Below are positions 20,334 to 31,402 of a stretch of 64,000 nt of DNA, one piece after another (positions within the stretch are counted from its first letter, which is position 1; every line of letters begins with the position of its first letter). The stretch covers positions 118,718 to 182,717 of the forward strand of contig JAIERW010000001.1 in the NCBI GenBank assembly GCA_019746485.1, in the 5' to 3' direction. The position numbers and the translations under genes were made by a program. The DNA comes from Candidatus Babeliales bacterium. GTDB lineage: Bacteria; Babelota; Babeliae; Babelales; RVW-14. The notes under the pieces are model-generated. The model saw only the letters and a program-made list of their open reading frames with translations. It was not told the origin of the DNA and did not search any database.

Positions 20334-21338
20334 ATGAAAAGCCCTTTGATCACGAATAAAAAAATTTTAGTCGCTGGCGGTGTAGGCTTTTTGGGCACCA
20401 CGCTGTGTAAAAAACTTCTGGCCACGGGCAACCAAGTTATAGCACTGGACAATCTTTATACCGGCCGACAAGACAATGTTGCGCTGCTACAAAATTATCC
20501 AGAGTTTAGTTTTATTAATCATGATATTATTGAACCAATTGATATTTCTGCCGATCTTATTTTTAACCTGGCCTGCCCCGCTTCACCGCCACATTACCAA
20601 CGCGATCCAATTTTTACCACCAAAACAAGCGTGCTGGGCTCGCTCAACCTGCTCGAACTTGCACGCACAAACAATGCCCGCATTTTGCAAGCTTCAACCA
20701 GCGAGGTTTACGGCGACCCTGAACAGCATCCACAAACCGAAAGCTACCGCGGCAGCGTAAACCCAATTGGCATTCGCGCGTGCTACGACGAAGGTAAACG
20801 CTGCGCCGAATCACTTTTTTTTGATTACCACCGCATGCACGGCGTTGCCATAAAAATGATACGCATTTTTAATACCTACGGCCCACACATGGACCCAAAC
20901 GACGGCCGCGTGGTCAGCAATTTTATTATGCAGGCGCTCAGCAATGAACCGCTTACCATGTACGGCACCGGCGCACAAACACGCTCATTTTGTTTTGTTG
21001 ACGATTTGGTTGATGGCATTATTGCCATGATGGCAAGCCCGCAAGAGTTTACCGGTCCGGTTAACCTGGGCAACCCAACAGAATTTAATTTGCTTGAACT
21101 TGCCCACATGATTATTGAACTGACGGGCAGCACATCTCAGCTCGTTTTTTTACCGCTGCCGCAAGATGACCCGCAACAGCGCAAGCCTGATATCTCGCTT
21201 GCGCGTGAAAAGCTTGGGTGGGTGCCGCGCGTGGCGCTGCGCGAGGGGCTTGAGAAAACAATCCCGTATTTTGCTGAATTTTTAGGGCAACAACAGCAAA
21301 GTTCTGTTAATTTTTTTAGGAGCGAGCAATTAATTTGA
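20334..21338 (+). CDS. UDP-glucuronate decarboxylase (UDP-xylose synthase family)
   Basis: [58 protein letters not shown]. Confidence 0.93.
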   Translation: MKSPLITNKKILVAGGVGFLGTTLCKKLLATGNQVIALDNLYTGRQDNVALLQNYPEFSFINHDIIEPIDISADLIFNLACPASPPHYQRDPIFTTKTSVLGSLNLLELARTNNARILQASTSEVYGDPEQHPQTESYRGSVNPIGIRACYDEGKRCAESLFFDYHRMHGVAIKMIRIFNTYGPHMDPNDGRVVSNFIMQALSNEPLTMYGTGAQTRSFCFVDDLVDGIIAMMASPQEFTGPVNLGNPTEFNLLELAHMIIELTGSTSQLVFLPLPQDDPQQRKPDISLAREKLGWVPRVALREGLEKTIPYFAEFLGQQQQSSVNFFRSEQLI

Positions 21339-22498
21339 ATATTGCCATTGCAGCCGGCGGGCGCTTCCATGCCTTCCAGCTAGCCAACCAGCTGGCCCAG
21401 CGCAACAGCCTAAAAAAATTATTTACGTTTTATTATACAAAAAAAGACCGCACACTCGTGCCTGAAAACTTGGTTTCAAACAACTCATGGTGCCAATTTA
21501 TTGACACCTGCTTTTGTAAATTACGCTTAGCACGCGTCATTAATCCATCAACCTTTAATAACATTAAAGACAATTTTTTTGATTTCTGCATGAGTAAAGA
21601 AATACCAAACTTAGGCAAGCTTGATCTTTTTGTTGGTTGGGCAAACTACACGCTTTATAGCATGCCAGCGATAAGAAAAACCGGTGCAAAAATTATTATT
21701 GAGTCGGGCTCGTGCCACATTCTTGCACAGATGCGCATTTTGCAACAAGAGTATGCCAAGCATGGTCTCATGTTCCCGCCCATCAACCAGCGCGTTATTG
21801 ATAAAATGATGGCAGAGTACGAACAAGCAGATTATATCATGACACTTTCTAGTTTTGCCCGCCAAAGCTTTATTGACCAGGGAATAAAAGCAGAAAAAGT
21901 TTTGTGCGTGCCCTGCGGTATGGATGTTTCTTATTTTGCAGCGCAGCCACAAAAAAAAGACCCATCAAATTTTCGTGTAATTTTTGTAGGCTTGGCGGGC
22001 GTGCGCAAGGGCGTGCACTATTTAATTGAAGCGTGGGCAAGTCTTGACTTGCCTGCAAGATCAACTGAGCTTTTAATTGTGGGCAATGTGCAAAAAGATT
22101 TAAAGCAGGTACTTGCCGGCATGAAAATACCGGCCAATGTTAATTTCTTTGGCTCAACCACGCGTGAAACACTGCGTAATCTTTACCATAGCTCAGATCT
22201 GTTTGTACTGCCTTCACTTGAAGATGGTTTTGGCATGGTGATTGGCGAGGCCATGGCCGCCGGCCTGCCTGTTGTGTGCACCACCAGCACGGGAGCTCCA
22301 GACATCATCACGCATGGCAAAGAAGGCTTTTTGGTGCCACCGGCAAACAGCACGGCACTGGCTGAAAAAATTTTAGAGCTTTATCAAAATGCAGAAATGC
22401 GATGTGCCATGGGCCGAGCCGGACAAGAAACTATTCAACATTTTACCTGGGACATTTACGGCACACGAATTTATGACGTGTACAAAACATTAGTTTAA
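21335..22498 (+). CDS. Glycosyltransferase family 4
   Basis: [33 protein letters not shown]. Confidence 0.9.
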   Translation: MNIAIAAGGRFHAFQLANQLAQRNSLKKLFTFYYTKKDRTLVPENLVSNNSWCQFIDTCFCKLRLARVINPSTFNNIKDNFFDFCMSKEIPNLGKLDLFVGWANYTLYSMPAIRKTGAKIIIESGSCHILAQMRILQQEYAKHGLMFPPINQRVIDKMMAEYEQADYIMTLSSFARQSFIDQGIKAEKVLCVPCGMDVSYFAAQPQKKDPSNFRVIFVGLAGVRKGVHYLIEAWASLDLPARSTELLIVGNVQKDLKQVLAGMKIPANVNFFGSTTRETLRNLYHSSDLFVLPSLEDGFGMVIGEAMAAGLPVVCTTSTGAPDIITHGKEGFLVPPANSTALAEKILELYQNAEMRCAMGRAGQETIQHFTWDIYGTRIYDVYKTLV

Positions 22499-22522
22499 TC
22501 GCTGTACAGGATCATTATTTTT

Positions 22523-23476
22523 CTATTTTAAAAACCAGGCCAGATAAGGCAAAGATGCTCCATAATCCTTAGACTCTTTAAGTATTAGAAGCTCTTTTAG
22601 ACTGTCGCCGCTCAATTTTTCTACGTCTAAACAGGGGAAACTTTCAGTAATTTTTGAAAAAAAAGCTATATGATCATTGATGCGTACAGCAATAAAAAAA
22701 TTACCCTCTAAATAAACCATCACCCTCCAAGGCGCTGGCCCAAATAAATCTTTTGCCTGCGCAAAGGAAAGCTCAAATACTTTATCGTTCAGAAAATGTA
22801 ACTGCATGCCATCATCTTCAAGCGTCATAATATCATCAAAAAATCTATTCCTCTCGCGCGCAAAAAAAAGCGAACCACCTTCACGATCAAGCCTCAATTG
22901 AAAGTTGTTAGCCTGCCAACCGCTAAATTTGAAAAGACTCTCGTCACCATCCGAAACAGTAATGCCTTCATATTCCTGCAAAGAACTGTCTACCGGAAAG
23001 AAAATGGTGCAATAACCGTTTTGAAAAAACATAACAAGATTATCTCTTTCTCGATATGCATGAACAGATCTGACGCGAAATTTTTGTCCGGCTGGCGTGG
23101 TAAAATCATAGTCAAAAAAACCCCTGAACACTGAACCCACACGCGTTACAAACGGTTTAGTAATTTTGGTAAGATACTTACGCCAGTGGAAGGACTGAGC
23201 TGGAACTTCTGAATCAGCCAAGCAAAGATCAACGGCTTGATCCAAACTCAATGAGCTTGTTTCGTCAACAGTCGGCTCATCGTCGCAAAGTCCCCAGTCA
23301 GGAATAAAATCATCACCAAACTCTCGAGGTCCGGATGAAGGAGCTAGTTGCTGCGCTGCACATTCTTGAAAAAAAGCAGCATTCTTGCGCCAGCTACGAT
23401 CAGAGCCTTTTTCAGACGCCGCACCCTGCGCCTGCACAGCCCACAACAAAAAAAAGAGCGCGTAAAAAATGTTCAT
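22523..23476 (-). CDS. Secreted hypothetical protein
   Basis: Signal-like MNIFYALFFLLWAVQAQGAA; 317 aa; no family recognised. Confidence 0.7.
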   Translation of the reverse strand: MNIFYALFFLLWAVQAQGAASEKGSDRSWRKNAAFFQECAAQQLAPSSGPREFGDDFIPDWGLCDDEPTVDETSSLSLDQAVDLCLADSEVPAQSFHWRKYLTKITKPFVTRVGSVFRGFFDYDFTTPAGQKFRVRSVHAYRERDNLVMFFQNGYCTIFFPVDSSLQEYEGITVSDGDESLFKFSGWQANNFQLRLDREGGSLFFARERNRFFDDIMTLEDDGMQLHFLNDKVFELSFAQAKDLFGPAPWRVMVYLEGNFFIAVRINDHIAFFSKITESFPCLDVEKLSGDSLKELLILKESKDYGASLPYLAWFLK

Positions 23477-23534
23477 GTGTGGTAACCTTTTTTATCGAAA
23501 ATTACTAAATAAAAAAATATTAAAAAATAATGTG

Positions 23535-24572
23535 ATGGACACTATAAACTCAATTTTGTTAGTAGGCAAGATTAGCTCAACGGCTTATACCTATGCATCG
23601 TCATTTGAACGTGCTTTTCAAACACTTGGCTACAACGTTGCCACGTTCAATACTAAACAACATTTTGTTCCAAACTACAAACTATTGGCACCACTAAACA
23701 ATTATTTGTGCAACGTTCAGCTCATTCGCACGGTTAAGCAGCACAAACCAGATCTGATATTTTTTTTAAAAGCAGACAGTATTTCGCACAAAACACTGCG
23801 CACCATCAAACAGATATCCAAAGCCAAGTTGGTGCACTTTTATCCCGACAACCCTTTTTCATTTTGGAATGGCAACTCAAACAAAAACGTCTTACTCTCA
23901 TTGCCACTTTTTGATGATTTTTTAATCTGGTCCAACATGCTCATGCCAGCGCTTGAAGCGGCTGGCGCTCAGCATGTTTCTTACTTTCCCTTTGCGTACG
24001 ACCAAACTATTTTTGAACAAGAAATTACAATTTCAGAGCACGAACGCGAACGCTACACGGCCGATGTCAGTTTTGTGGGCACGTGGGAGCCTGAACGGGC
24101 TTGGTGGCTGAAACAACTGCGCAAGCGCATGCCACACATCAAACTGGCAATTTGGGGCAACGGCTGGGGGCACGAGCAGTGCGGCCCGCTGGGGCCGTAT
24201 ATCAAAGGACCGGCGATCTACCCGCCTGAAAGTATTAAAGCTTTTCGCATGAGTACGATTAATCTTAATTTTATTAGAAAACAAAACAGAACGTCACACA
24301 ACATGCGAACGTTTGAGCTGCCGGCAAGCAAAAGTTTTATGCTCACGCAGCACAGCTTTGAGCAGGCACATGAGCTTTTTGAAGAAAATAAATCGATTGT
24401 TTGTTTTGAAACGATTGATGAGTTGGTAGAAAAAATAACCTTTTATTTAGCGCACGATGTCGAACGCCAAGCAATTATTAAGCGTGCATTTGCGCAAGCG
24501 CAGCACTATTGGCTTTCAGTGGTTTTGCAAAATTTTTTGCTCAAGTTCGGCGATAAAAAACCTAACCCATAA
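23535..24572 (+). CDS. CgeB-family glycosyltransferase
   Basis: HFYPDNP, DVSFVGT, IWGNGW, NMRTFE motifs; start uncertain. Confidence 0.8.
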   Translation: MDTINSILLVGKISSTAYTYASSFERAFQTLGYNVATFNTKQHFVPNYKLLAPLNNYLCNVQLIRTVKQHKPDLIFFLKADSISHKTLRTIKQISKAKLVHFYPDNPFSFWNGNSNKNVLLSLPLFDDFLIWSNMLMPALEAAGAQHVSYFPFAYDQTIFEQEITISEHERERYTADVSFVGTWEPERAWWLKQLRKRMPHIKLAIWGNGWGHEQCGPLGPYIKGPAIYPPESIKAFRMSTINLNFIRKQNRTSHNMRTFELPASKSFMLTQHSFEQAHELFEENKSIVCFETIDELVEKITFYLAHDVERQAIIKRAFAQAQHYWLSVVLQNFLLKFGDKKPNP

Positions 24573-24962
24573 AAGACCATCTTTAATCACGCACAGCTCA
24601 GCCGGGCGGCCAACCTCATACACAACCTCAAGATTAAGACGGCTAAAATGACTATCTATACATGGTAATTCGATCACTTTGGTAAATTGGCCTCTGAGGC
24701 AATAAACAGCCAGCGAGCCAAATTCAATTTCTGCTTCATCATCTGCGCGTTTTTTACCTGGATAATATTTAACTGCCCATTGCCGATCTTCTGAATAAAT
24801 AATGTCTAAAATACCACGTGGGCTTATTTTAATGTCTGACAATAATGCTTCTCTACGCCCAAAGAGTTTTTTAATTTTATGAGCAACAAAAGCCGCACCT
24901 GAAACATTAGAAAAGATTGAAGTAAACAGAAAAACGAGCACCACTAGCTTTTTCATAAACAT
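24516..24962 (-). CDS. Secreted hypothetical protein, paralog of 24973-25737
   Basis: Signal-like MKKLVVLVFLFTSIFSNVSGAA; shares ISPRG..YS.DR.W with the neighbour. Confidence 0.7.
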   Translation of the reverse strand: MFMKKLVVLVFLFTSIFSNVSGAAFVAHKIKKLFGRREALLSDIKISPRGILDIIYSEDRQWAVKYYPGKKRADDEAEIEFGSLAVYCLRGQFTKVIELPCIDSHFSRLNLEVVYEVGRPAELCVIKDGLLWVRFFIAELEQKILQNH

Positions 24963-24972
24963 CCCACCACTT

Positions 24973-25737
24973 TCACGCGCTCAACGCTTCTTCAAGCTCA
25001 TGCCAAGGAAACAAGATCCAAGATTCTTGATTTTTATAAAGCTCTAAAACCCGTATCCCATTTTCGTCAAAATACCTGGCAAGCGACAATTCTCCTGGCT
25101 CTGTATCAGCAGGAAGTTGGATTTTTTTTATAAGATGCGTATCTATACCCGAGGCATCTCCGGCAAAAAAAACAAAAAGATGTCCATGCCCAATAGAGAC
25201 AGACCATCTTGTATCGTCGTCAAGATAGATGCAGTCTTCCCACACATACGGCTGAACAGGTTGTTTTTTTAGAGAAGATATTGCTGGCAAGGCACATTCT
25301 GCTTTAGTCTTCATAATAGCCAAGAGTTTCTGTTTTGATATCTGATAGCAACACAGGCTATCCACTATAACATACAACATCTCAACACCATCTTCCTGTC
25401 CCAGTTCCAACTGCACCACAGCAGGACGACCTTCACCAAAACCCTCAATTTTATGTGTCAGTATGGGACCATAAAGATCAATGCCCTTTTCAAGATACAT
25501 TATTACAAGCGTTGTCCCACTTAAGCTGGCACACCAGTTTCGATCTTTTGAGTAAACAGTCTCACCACGTGGACTTATGCGAATAGCAGAATCTGAGTTA
25601 CTTCGTGGCAGTTTTGTTTTTTTCTTCCCAAACCAACGTAATGGCTCCCACGAGGAAGATTTTGGCATTCTTGCGGCAGCAAAAAGAAATCCATCGGTAC
25701 AAACAACAACAAATAGAAGCAAAAATATTTTTTTCAT
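24973..25737 (-). CDS. Secreted hypothetical protein with two internal repeat units
   Basis: MKKIFLLLFVVVCTDGFLFAAA signal; VYSKDRNWCASL versus IYLDDDTRWSVSI. Confidence 0.7.
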   Translation of the reverse strand: MKKIFLLLFVVVCTDGFLFAAARMPKSSSWEPLRWFGKKKTKLPRSNSDSAIRISPRGETVYSKDRNWCASLSGTTLVIMYLEKGIDLYGPILTHKIEGFGEGRPAVVQLELGQEDGVEMLYVIVDSLCCYQISKQKLLAIMKTKAECALPAISSLKKQPVQPYVWEDCIYLDDDTRWSVSIGHGHLFVFFAGDASGIDTHLIKKIQLPADTEPGELSLARYFDENGIRVLELYKNQESWILFPWHELEEALSA

Positions 25738-25804
25738 GACACTTACTCGCAATACATCATATGAAATAGTTAAACAAAAAGAGAAATGGGACGAGAACAA
25801 TACC

Positions 25805-26347
25805 CTATTCATACATTTTTTGCAACACTACTCGCACATAATTTAAAGCGATAAAAGGCAAAACAGCGACAAGAATCATCGACTGCGGGCCTTTCCAAGC
25901 AAACAGAAATGCCGCAAACGTAGCCAGCAACAAGATGCAGGAAGCACGCACTACGCGCTCACGCGGCGCACCAGGCAGGCCAACAAAACCGGCCGGCGAG
26001 TAAATTGTTTGCAAACAGCCAACAATAAAAAGCCATAAAAAAAGCGTAGCATACAAAAAGTGGGCGTAAATATTTTGCAACCAGTCGATTTCAAGCAAAA
26101 ACATGCACGCACCACCAAGTAAAAAGCAGTGGATGGCCAACATGAACGATTGTTCAGTTTTTTTGGCATGAAGCGATACAACGATATAAACAAGCGAGAG
26201 AAGCCCACCAATCTCAAAAGCATGCTCCCAGTTGCCCAAAAAGCGAAATGCCCAGACAAAAGCAATGAGTGGCAAAACATTGGCAATAAACATTAAGCGG
26301 TCATTAAAAAACTTTGTAATCATGCTGGTTCCTACAATAAATCTCAA
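25805..26347 (-). CDS. Integral membrane protein (about 6 TM)
   Basis: Hydrophobic segments throughout; start uncertain. Confidence 0.65.
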   Translation of the reverse strand: MRFIVGTSMITKFFNDRLMFIANVLPLIAFVWAFRFLGNWEHAFEIGGLLSLVYIVVSLHAKKTEQSFMLAIHCFLLGGACMFLLEIDWLQNIYAHFLYATLFLWLFIVGCLQTIYSPAGFVGLPGAPRERVVRASCILLLATFAAFLFAWKGPQSMILVAVLPFIALNYVRVVLQKMYE

Positions 26348-26427
26348 AATAACAAAACTATCTTTTCATAGTGGTACCAAAACAGTACAAACTTGTAAAA
26401 ATAATCTTTTCGTTGTATCTATTTCTT

Positions 26428-27696
26428 ATGAAGAAACCAAAAATTGCAATCATAACCCTGCGCAACCAGTATAAATATGGTGGCACGCACGCCAGCCAGC
26501 GGGCAGTGTTTAACTTTTGCAAACTCTATTTTGAGCCAACGCTCTTTTTCTTAAGTTTTGAAAAAGATATTTCGGCGCATCTACGCCCGTTCAAAACGAC
26601 CTCACGCAACAGAACCGGCACCCACAACGGCATGCCGTGCGTAGAAATTGGTGCCCGCTGGGCCTTTTGGGAACCGGCGCATTATGCAGCAACGCTTGAG
26701 CAATGGCAAGAAGCGCTTGCCAGCTACGATTATTTCTTTGTCGTCAGCGGCACGCCAATTGCCGCCCACCACTTGGCGCTCATGAACAAACGCTTTGTTT
26801 TGTGGCCCGCCTCAACGTATCAGCACGACCGCCAGCAGCGCGCAGAAAAAATGCGTGGCTTGAGAAAATTTATTGACCGGCTGGCACAACCTTTGATGCT
26901 GGCAATAGAGCGGCTCGTTTTGAAAAAAGTCTCTTTTGTATGGCCGTTAAGCTCATACACACACCAACTGATCAAAGACGTTGTGCCAAACTTTAACCGG
27001 CCTTACGCCGTGTGCGGTTTTCCAATCGATTACCAACCGACAACACTACACACACCAACTAACGAAAAAATTATTATTGCTATTGGCCGCTTTAACGACC
27101 CACGCAAAAACCCGCGCATGCTCTTTAGAGCTTTTGAAAAAATCTATCAACAATGCCCAGACGCCAAACTTTTTATTATTGGCAGCGAGCCGCACCCCTT
27201 TGATACACTGCCATTTGTTAACCAGCCGTCATTTAAAAACATTGTTTTTACGGGCGAGCTTGATCGCACAAGTTTGCTTGTTTTTTACCAACGCGCAACG
27301 CTCATGCTCATTTCGTCGTACCAAGAAGGTTTAAATATTGCCGGCCTTGAAGCACTGGCTCACGGCGTGCCAGTAATCTCAACAGACTGTGGGGGCATTC
27401 GAGATTATGTAATCAATGACAGAACCGGCTATGTGGTAGCACTTGATGATGACGCGCTAATGGCAGACCATGCGTGCGCATTACTCAAAGACAATAAAAA
27501 AATTGAAGAGCTCAAAAGTGCCATCAGCATCTTTATGAAAAATAACTTCTCACTTGAACAAATTCATGCCATATTTAAAAGAGGCTTGCTTTGCGCTTAT
27601 CCCGAGTTAAAGCCATGGTTTGAAAGGGTAGAGAAGGTGAATCATGAAGATACTCGTCATCAGCCACACGTACATAACACAGATCAACCGCGATAA
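26428..27696 (+). CDS. Glycosyltransferase family 4
   Basis: IGRFNDPRKN, SSYQEGLNIAGLEALAHGVPVISTDCGG. Confidence 0.9.
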   Translation: MKKPKIAIITLRNQYKYGGTHASQRAVFNFCKLYFEPTLFFLSFEKDISAHLRPFKTTSRNRTGTHNGMPCVEIGARWAFWEPAHYAATLEQWQEALASYDYFFVVSGTPIAAHHLALMNKRFVLWPASTYQHDRQQRAEKMRGLRKFIDRLAQPLMLAIERLVLKKVSFVWPLSSYTHQLIKDVVPNFNRPYAVCGFPIDYQPTTLHTPTNEKIIIAIGRFNDPRKNPRMLFRAFEKIYQQCPDAKLFIIGSEPHPFDTLPFVNQPSFKNIVFTGELDRTSLLVFYQRATLMLISSYQEGLNIAGLEALAHGVPVISTDCGGIRDYVINDRTGYVVALDDDALMADHACALLKDNKKIEELKSAISIFMKNNFSLEQIHAIFKRGLLCAYPELKPWFERVEKVNHEDTRHQPHVHNTDQPR

Positions 27697-28780
27697 ATGG
27701 AAAATTTTTGCACAAGATTATCCAGACATATCGCTGACGGTTGCTTTCCCGCGCTCATGGCCGGGTTCTCTGTACCATCATCACGCAGAAAATTTAGAAA
27801 AAGAGCAGTTAAAAAATTGTAAGTTTGTTGCACTTAAAGCCTTTGGCGCTGGCAATGAAGTTCGCTATGGCTACTACCCCAGCGGCTTGATGAGCATTAT
27901 GCGCAACTTTAAGCCCGACATAATTCACGTTGAGCAAGGCGACAACGCACTCAGCCTTTTTCAAAGCATTATTTTTGCTAAATTGTTTTGCCGAAAAGCA
28001 AAGTTGTCATTTTTTACCTGGGTCAACTGGCAGCACAAATTTTCTCTCAAGTACCGCATGTTCTGGGGCTGGATAGAAAAATTTAACCGTTTCTTTACCC
28101 ACGGCGCTATTGCCGGCAATCAGGATGCACAAAAAATATTGGCAGAAAAAGGCTTTGTCAAAACAACAACCGTATGCCCACAGCTGGGTATCAACCTCAA
28201 AACGTTTAAGCCCGCACAGGTTGAGCACCATCGCCACCGCTACATTGGTTACATTGGCAGAATTGTTGAAGAAAAAGGCGTTATGCTGCTCGCACAAGCA
28301 TTCCATTCGCTGTATAGCTTGTTCCCCGACTGGCGGTTAATTTTTATTGGCTCGGGGCCCTTTGAAAAACAACTCATCGATTATGTCATTACGCACAAAC
28401 TGATTGATGTCGTTGAATTTCGCGACCCCATCACGCACGACAAAGTTCCCAACGCGCTTTCGTTTATTGATATTTTAGTGCTGCCATCGTACGACACTAA
28501 CCACTGGAAAGAGCAATTTGGGCACGTTTTAATTGAAGCTATGGCCTGCAAAGTTCCCGTTATTGCAAGTTCTGCCGGGGAAATTCCCAACGTGGTAGCG
28601 CAAGCCGGCCTAATCTTTGAACAGAAAAATGAAAAATCATTAACCAGCTATTTGCACACACTCATGAGCGACGCACAACTGCGCAATCAACTCGGAGAAA
28701 AAGGATATCAGCGAGTAAAAAATCATTATTCGCATCAAGCAATTGCCAAAACAACACATGACTTTTGGCAATCTCTTTAA
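27644..28780 (+). CDS. Glycosyltransferase family 4
   Basis: GYIGRIVEEKGV, WKEQFGHVLIEAMACKVPVI. Confidence 0.92.
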   Translation: MKILVISHTYITQINRDKWKIFAQDYPDISLTVAFPRSWPGSLYHHHAENLEKEQLKNCKFVALKAFGAGNEVRYGYYPSGLMSIMRNFKPDIIHVEQGDNALSLFQSIIFAKLFCRKAKLSFFTWVNWQHKFSLKYRMFWGWIEKFNRFFTHGAIAGNQDAQKILAEKGFVKTTTVCPQLGINLKTFKPAQVEHHRHRYIGYIGRIVEEKGVMLLAQAFHSLYSLFPDWRLIFIGSGPFEKQLIDYVITHKLIDVVEFRDPITHDKVPNALSFIDILVLPSYDTNHWKEQFGHVLIEAMACKVPVIASSAGEIPNVVAQAGLIFEQKNEKSLTSYLHTLMSDAQLRNQLGEKGYQRVKNHYSHQAIAKTTHDFWQSL

Positions 28781-28796
28781 AAAAAGGAGAGAGACT

Positions 28797-30197
28797 GTGA
28801 AGATTACCGTTATTGGTGCCGGGTACGTAGGCCTGGTCACCGCCGCTTGCTTTGCGCAAAAAGACAACGACGTAACGATTGTTGAAAACAATCAAGCAAA
28901 AATTACCGCGCTCTTGCAAGGCATTGTTCCGTTTTATGAACCGGGCCTGGAGCAGCTGGTTGCCAACGGCATCGCTGATAAAAAAATCAACTTTGTTGCC
29001 GACGTTGCGCAAGCACTTAAAAAAAACCAACCTGATGTTATTTTTTCCTGCGTTGGCACGCCATCACGCGAAGACGGCTCTGCCGATCTTTCATTTGTTT
29101 GGCAGGTAGCACAAGAAATTGGGCAGCAGATTAATGGGTACACGCTGGTTGTTAATAAATCAACGGTACCGGTAGGCACGGCAGAAAATGTTAAAGCAAT
29201 TATTCAAGAACAGCTGCGCCTGCGCTCTGCCAACGTGCCATTTGATGTTGCTTCTAACCCAGAATTTTTAAAAGAAGGCGATGCGCTGAGCGATTTTACC
29301 AATCCAGACCGCGTAGTTATTGGCGTTGATTCAGAAAAAGCGGCGCAGATTTTGGCACAACTTTATAAACCATTTTTAAAAAATCCCGAAGAACAACTAG
29401 TCTGCATGGACATTCCGTCGGCCGAGCTAACCAAATATGCTTCAAACGCCATGCTGGCAACACGCATTAGTTTTATGAACCAGCTGGCACTCTTGGCAGA
29501 CAAAGTGGGTGCTGACATTGAAGATGTAAAAAAAGGTATGGCTCTGGACCAGCGCATTGGCAAACATTTTCTTAATGCTGGAATTGGATACGGGGGTAGC
29601 TGCTTTCCCAAAGATGTTAAAGCACTTATTCACACCGGCAAAGAGCACCACCTACCCATGACCTTAATACAAGAAGTTGATGCCGTAAATATGCAGCAGC
29701 GCCAACTTTTTTTTAATAAAATAATCGACTTTTATGGCGATACTATTGTCAACAAACAGGTTGGCATTTGGGGGCTTGCTTTTAAGCCAGAAACTGACGA
29801 CATTCGCTGCGCACCAGCTATCGACATTATTGCCCAGCTCATTGCCCATGGCGCACAAGTAATTGCCTACGACCCAGTTGCCACCAGCAACATGCAACAG
29901 CTTTTCAAAAACACGGTTACCTTTGCTCAATCGGCCCAAGAAGTAGTTAAAGCAGCAGACTTTTTAATTATTCTAACCGAATGGCACGAGTTTAAAGCCT
30001 ACGATATTACCAAGCTTACCCAACTCAAAGACCAAGTTATCTTTGACGGCCGCAACTGCTTTGACCCCGAGCTTATGCAGGAACAGGGTTTTTGCTACAT
30101 CAATGTTGGCCGCAACGTGCACCATCAAAATACAAAGAAACTTTTTTTAACAAAAAAACAAGCACGCACGTGCCAACCACCATGCCAAACAGCCTAA
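28797..30197 (+). CDS. ugd: UDP-glucose 6-dehydrogenase
   Basis: IGAGYVGL, NKSTVPVGT, SNPEFLKEG, GYGGSCFPKD, GLAFKPETDD; GTG start after AGGAG. Confidence 0.95.
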   Translation: MKITVIGAGYVGLVTAACFAQKDNDVTIVENNQAKITALLQGIVPFYEPGLEQLVANGIADKKINFVADVAQALKKNQPDVIFSCVGTPSREDGSADLSFVWQVAQEIGQQINGYTLVVNKSTVPVGTAENVKAIIQEQLRLRSANVPFDVASNPEFLKEGDALSDFTNPDRVVIGVDSEKAAQILAQLYKPFLKNPEEQLVCMDIPSAELTKYASNAMLATRISFMNQLALLADKVGADIEDVKKGMALDQRIGKHFLNAGIGYGGSCFPKDVKALIHTGKEHHLPMTLIQEVDAVNMQQRQLFFNKIIDFYGDTIVNKQVGIWGLAFKPETDDIRCAPAIDIIAQLIAHGAQVIAYDPVATSNMQQLFKNTVTFAQSAQEVVKAADFLIILTEWHEFKAYDITKLTQLKDQVIFDGRNCFDPELMQEQGFCYINVGRNVHHQNTKKLFLTKKQARTCQPPCQTA

Positions 30198-31402
30198 AAA
30201 AAAAGATCTTATTTGTTCATCACGGCAAAGGACTGGGCGGCGCACCGCTCAGCCTGCTCTACCTGGTCAAAGGGCTTGATCCTGAAAAATACCAAGCCGA
30301 AGTTCTTTTTTTGCACAACTCAGACGCCCTACAACTTTTTAAAGAGCACGGCATCACCTGCCATGGCCCCGTCAACCGGCACGACTTTGCTCATACAAAA
30401 ATTTGGTGGTTCCGGTGGTACCATGCCCTCTCGCTGGCACGAGCGTGTCTGGATACCCTGAAAACAATACACTCAATTGCCCGCCATTGGCTGGAACTAA
30501 TAAAGCCAGACCTGGTACACTTGAACACGAGCTCACTTATTGCCTGGGGCAAAATTGCTCACAAAATTGGCATACCAGTTGTTTGGCACATCCGCGAGCC
30601 ACTGGCACCTGGGTACCTGGGCGCACGCAGGGCACTCATCAAGCACAGCGTTGAGCATTACGCAGCAGCAATTGTACCCATTTGCAACAACGACGCCCTG
30701 CCCTGGCACCACAACCCCAAAACGCATGTTGTGTACAACGCCGTTAACCAAACCGTTTTTGATGCCAACTTAAACCCACATGATTTTCTGGAATACCACC
30801 AGCTCGATACCTACTCACCAAAAATTTTATTTGTGGGCGGTCTTTCGCAAGAAAAAGGGACCTTGGTTTTATTAAACATTTTTGAAAAAATTTTGACGCG
30901 CGTGCCACAAGCCCAACTCGTGATTGCCGGGTACTTCGACTTGCAAAGACCTGGCACTCTAAACCCAAAACGCTTCATGCCATCAGCACAGTTTAAGCGT
31001 GCGGTCAGCACGCAATTAAAAAAAGTTAAACAATCGGTTCATCTTTTGGGCGCTATCAAAACAGTACCTGCTGCCATGGCAGCGGCTGATGTTATTGTCT
31101 TTCCAGCAACGGTTGGCCACTTTGCTCGCCCAATTATTGAAGCCGGTTTTATGAAAAAGCCAGTTGTTGCTTCTCAACTTGCCCCACTTGACGAACTGAT
31201 TATCGACAAAAAAACAGGATACCTGATTGCACCTGAAAATATTGACGAGTGGGCCAGCAAAATCAGCCTGTTGTTACTCGATAAAAATAAACAAAAAGCT
31301 ATGGGCCAAGCAGGGTTTGATTTTTGTTCACAAACATTTAGCCTGCCCAGCCAAATTACCAAAATTCAAAAAATTTATAACCAGCTTTTAAAGGAACAGT
31401 AA
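30182..31402 (+). CDS. Glycosyltransferase family 4
   Basis: GGAPLSL, VHLNTS, VWHIRE, HFARPIIEAGFMKKPVVAS. Confidence 0.88.
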   Translation: MPNSLKKKILFVHHGKGLGGAPLSLLYLVKGLDPEKYQAEVLFLHNSDALQLFKEHGITCHGPVNRHDFAHTKIWWFRWYHALSLARACLDTLKTIHSIARHWLELIKPDLVHLNTSSLIAWGKIAHKIGIPVVWHIREPLAPGYLGARRALIKHSVEHYAAAIVPICNNDALPWHHNPKTHVVYNAVNQTVFDANLNPHDFLEYHQLDTYSPKILFVGGLSQEKGTLVLLNIFEKILTRVPQAQLVIAGYFDLQRPGTLNPKRFMPSAQFKRAVSTQLKKVKQSVHLLGAIKTVPAAMAAADVIVFPATVGHFARPIIEAGFMKKPVVASQLAPLDELIIDKKTGYLIAPENIDEWASKISLLLLDKNKQKAMGQAGFDFCSQTFSLPSQITKIQKIYNQLLKEQ

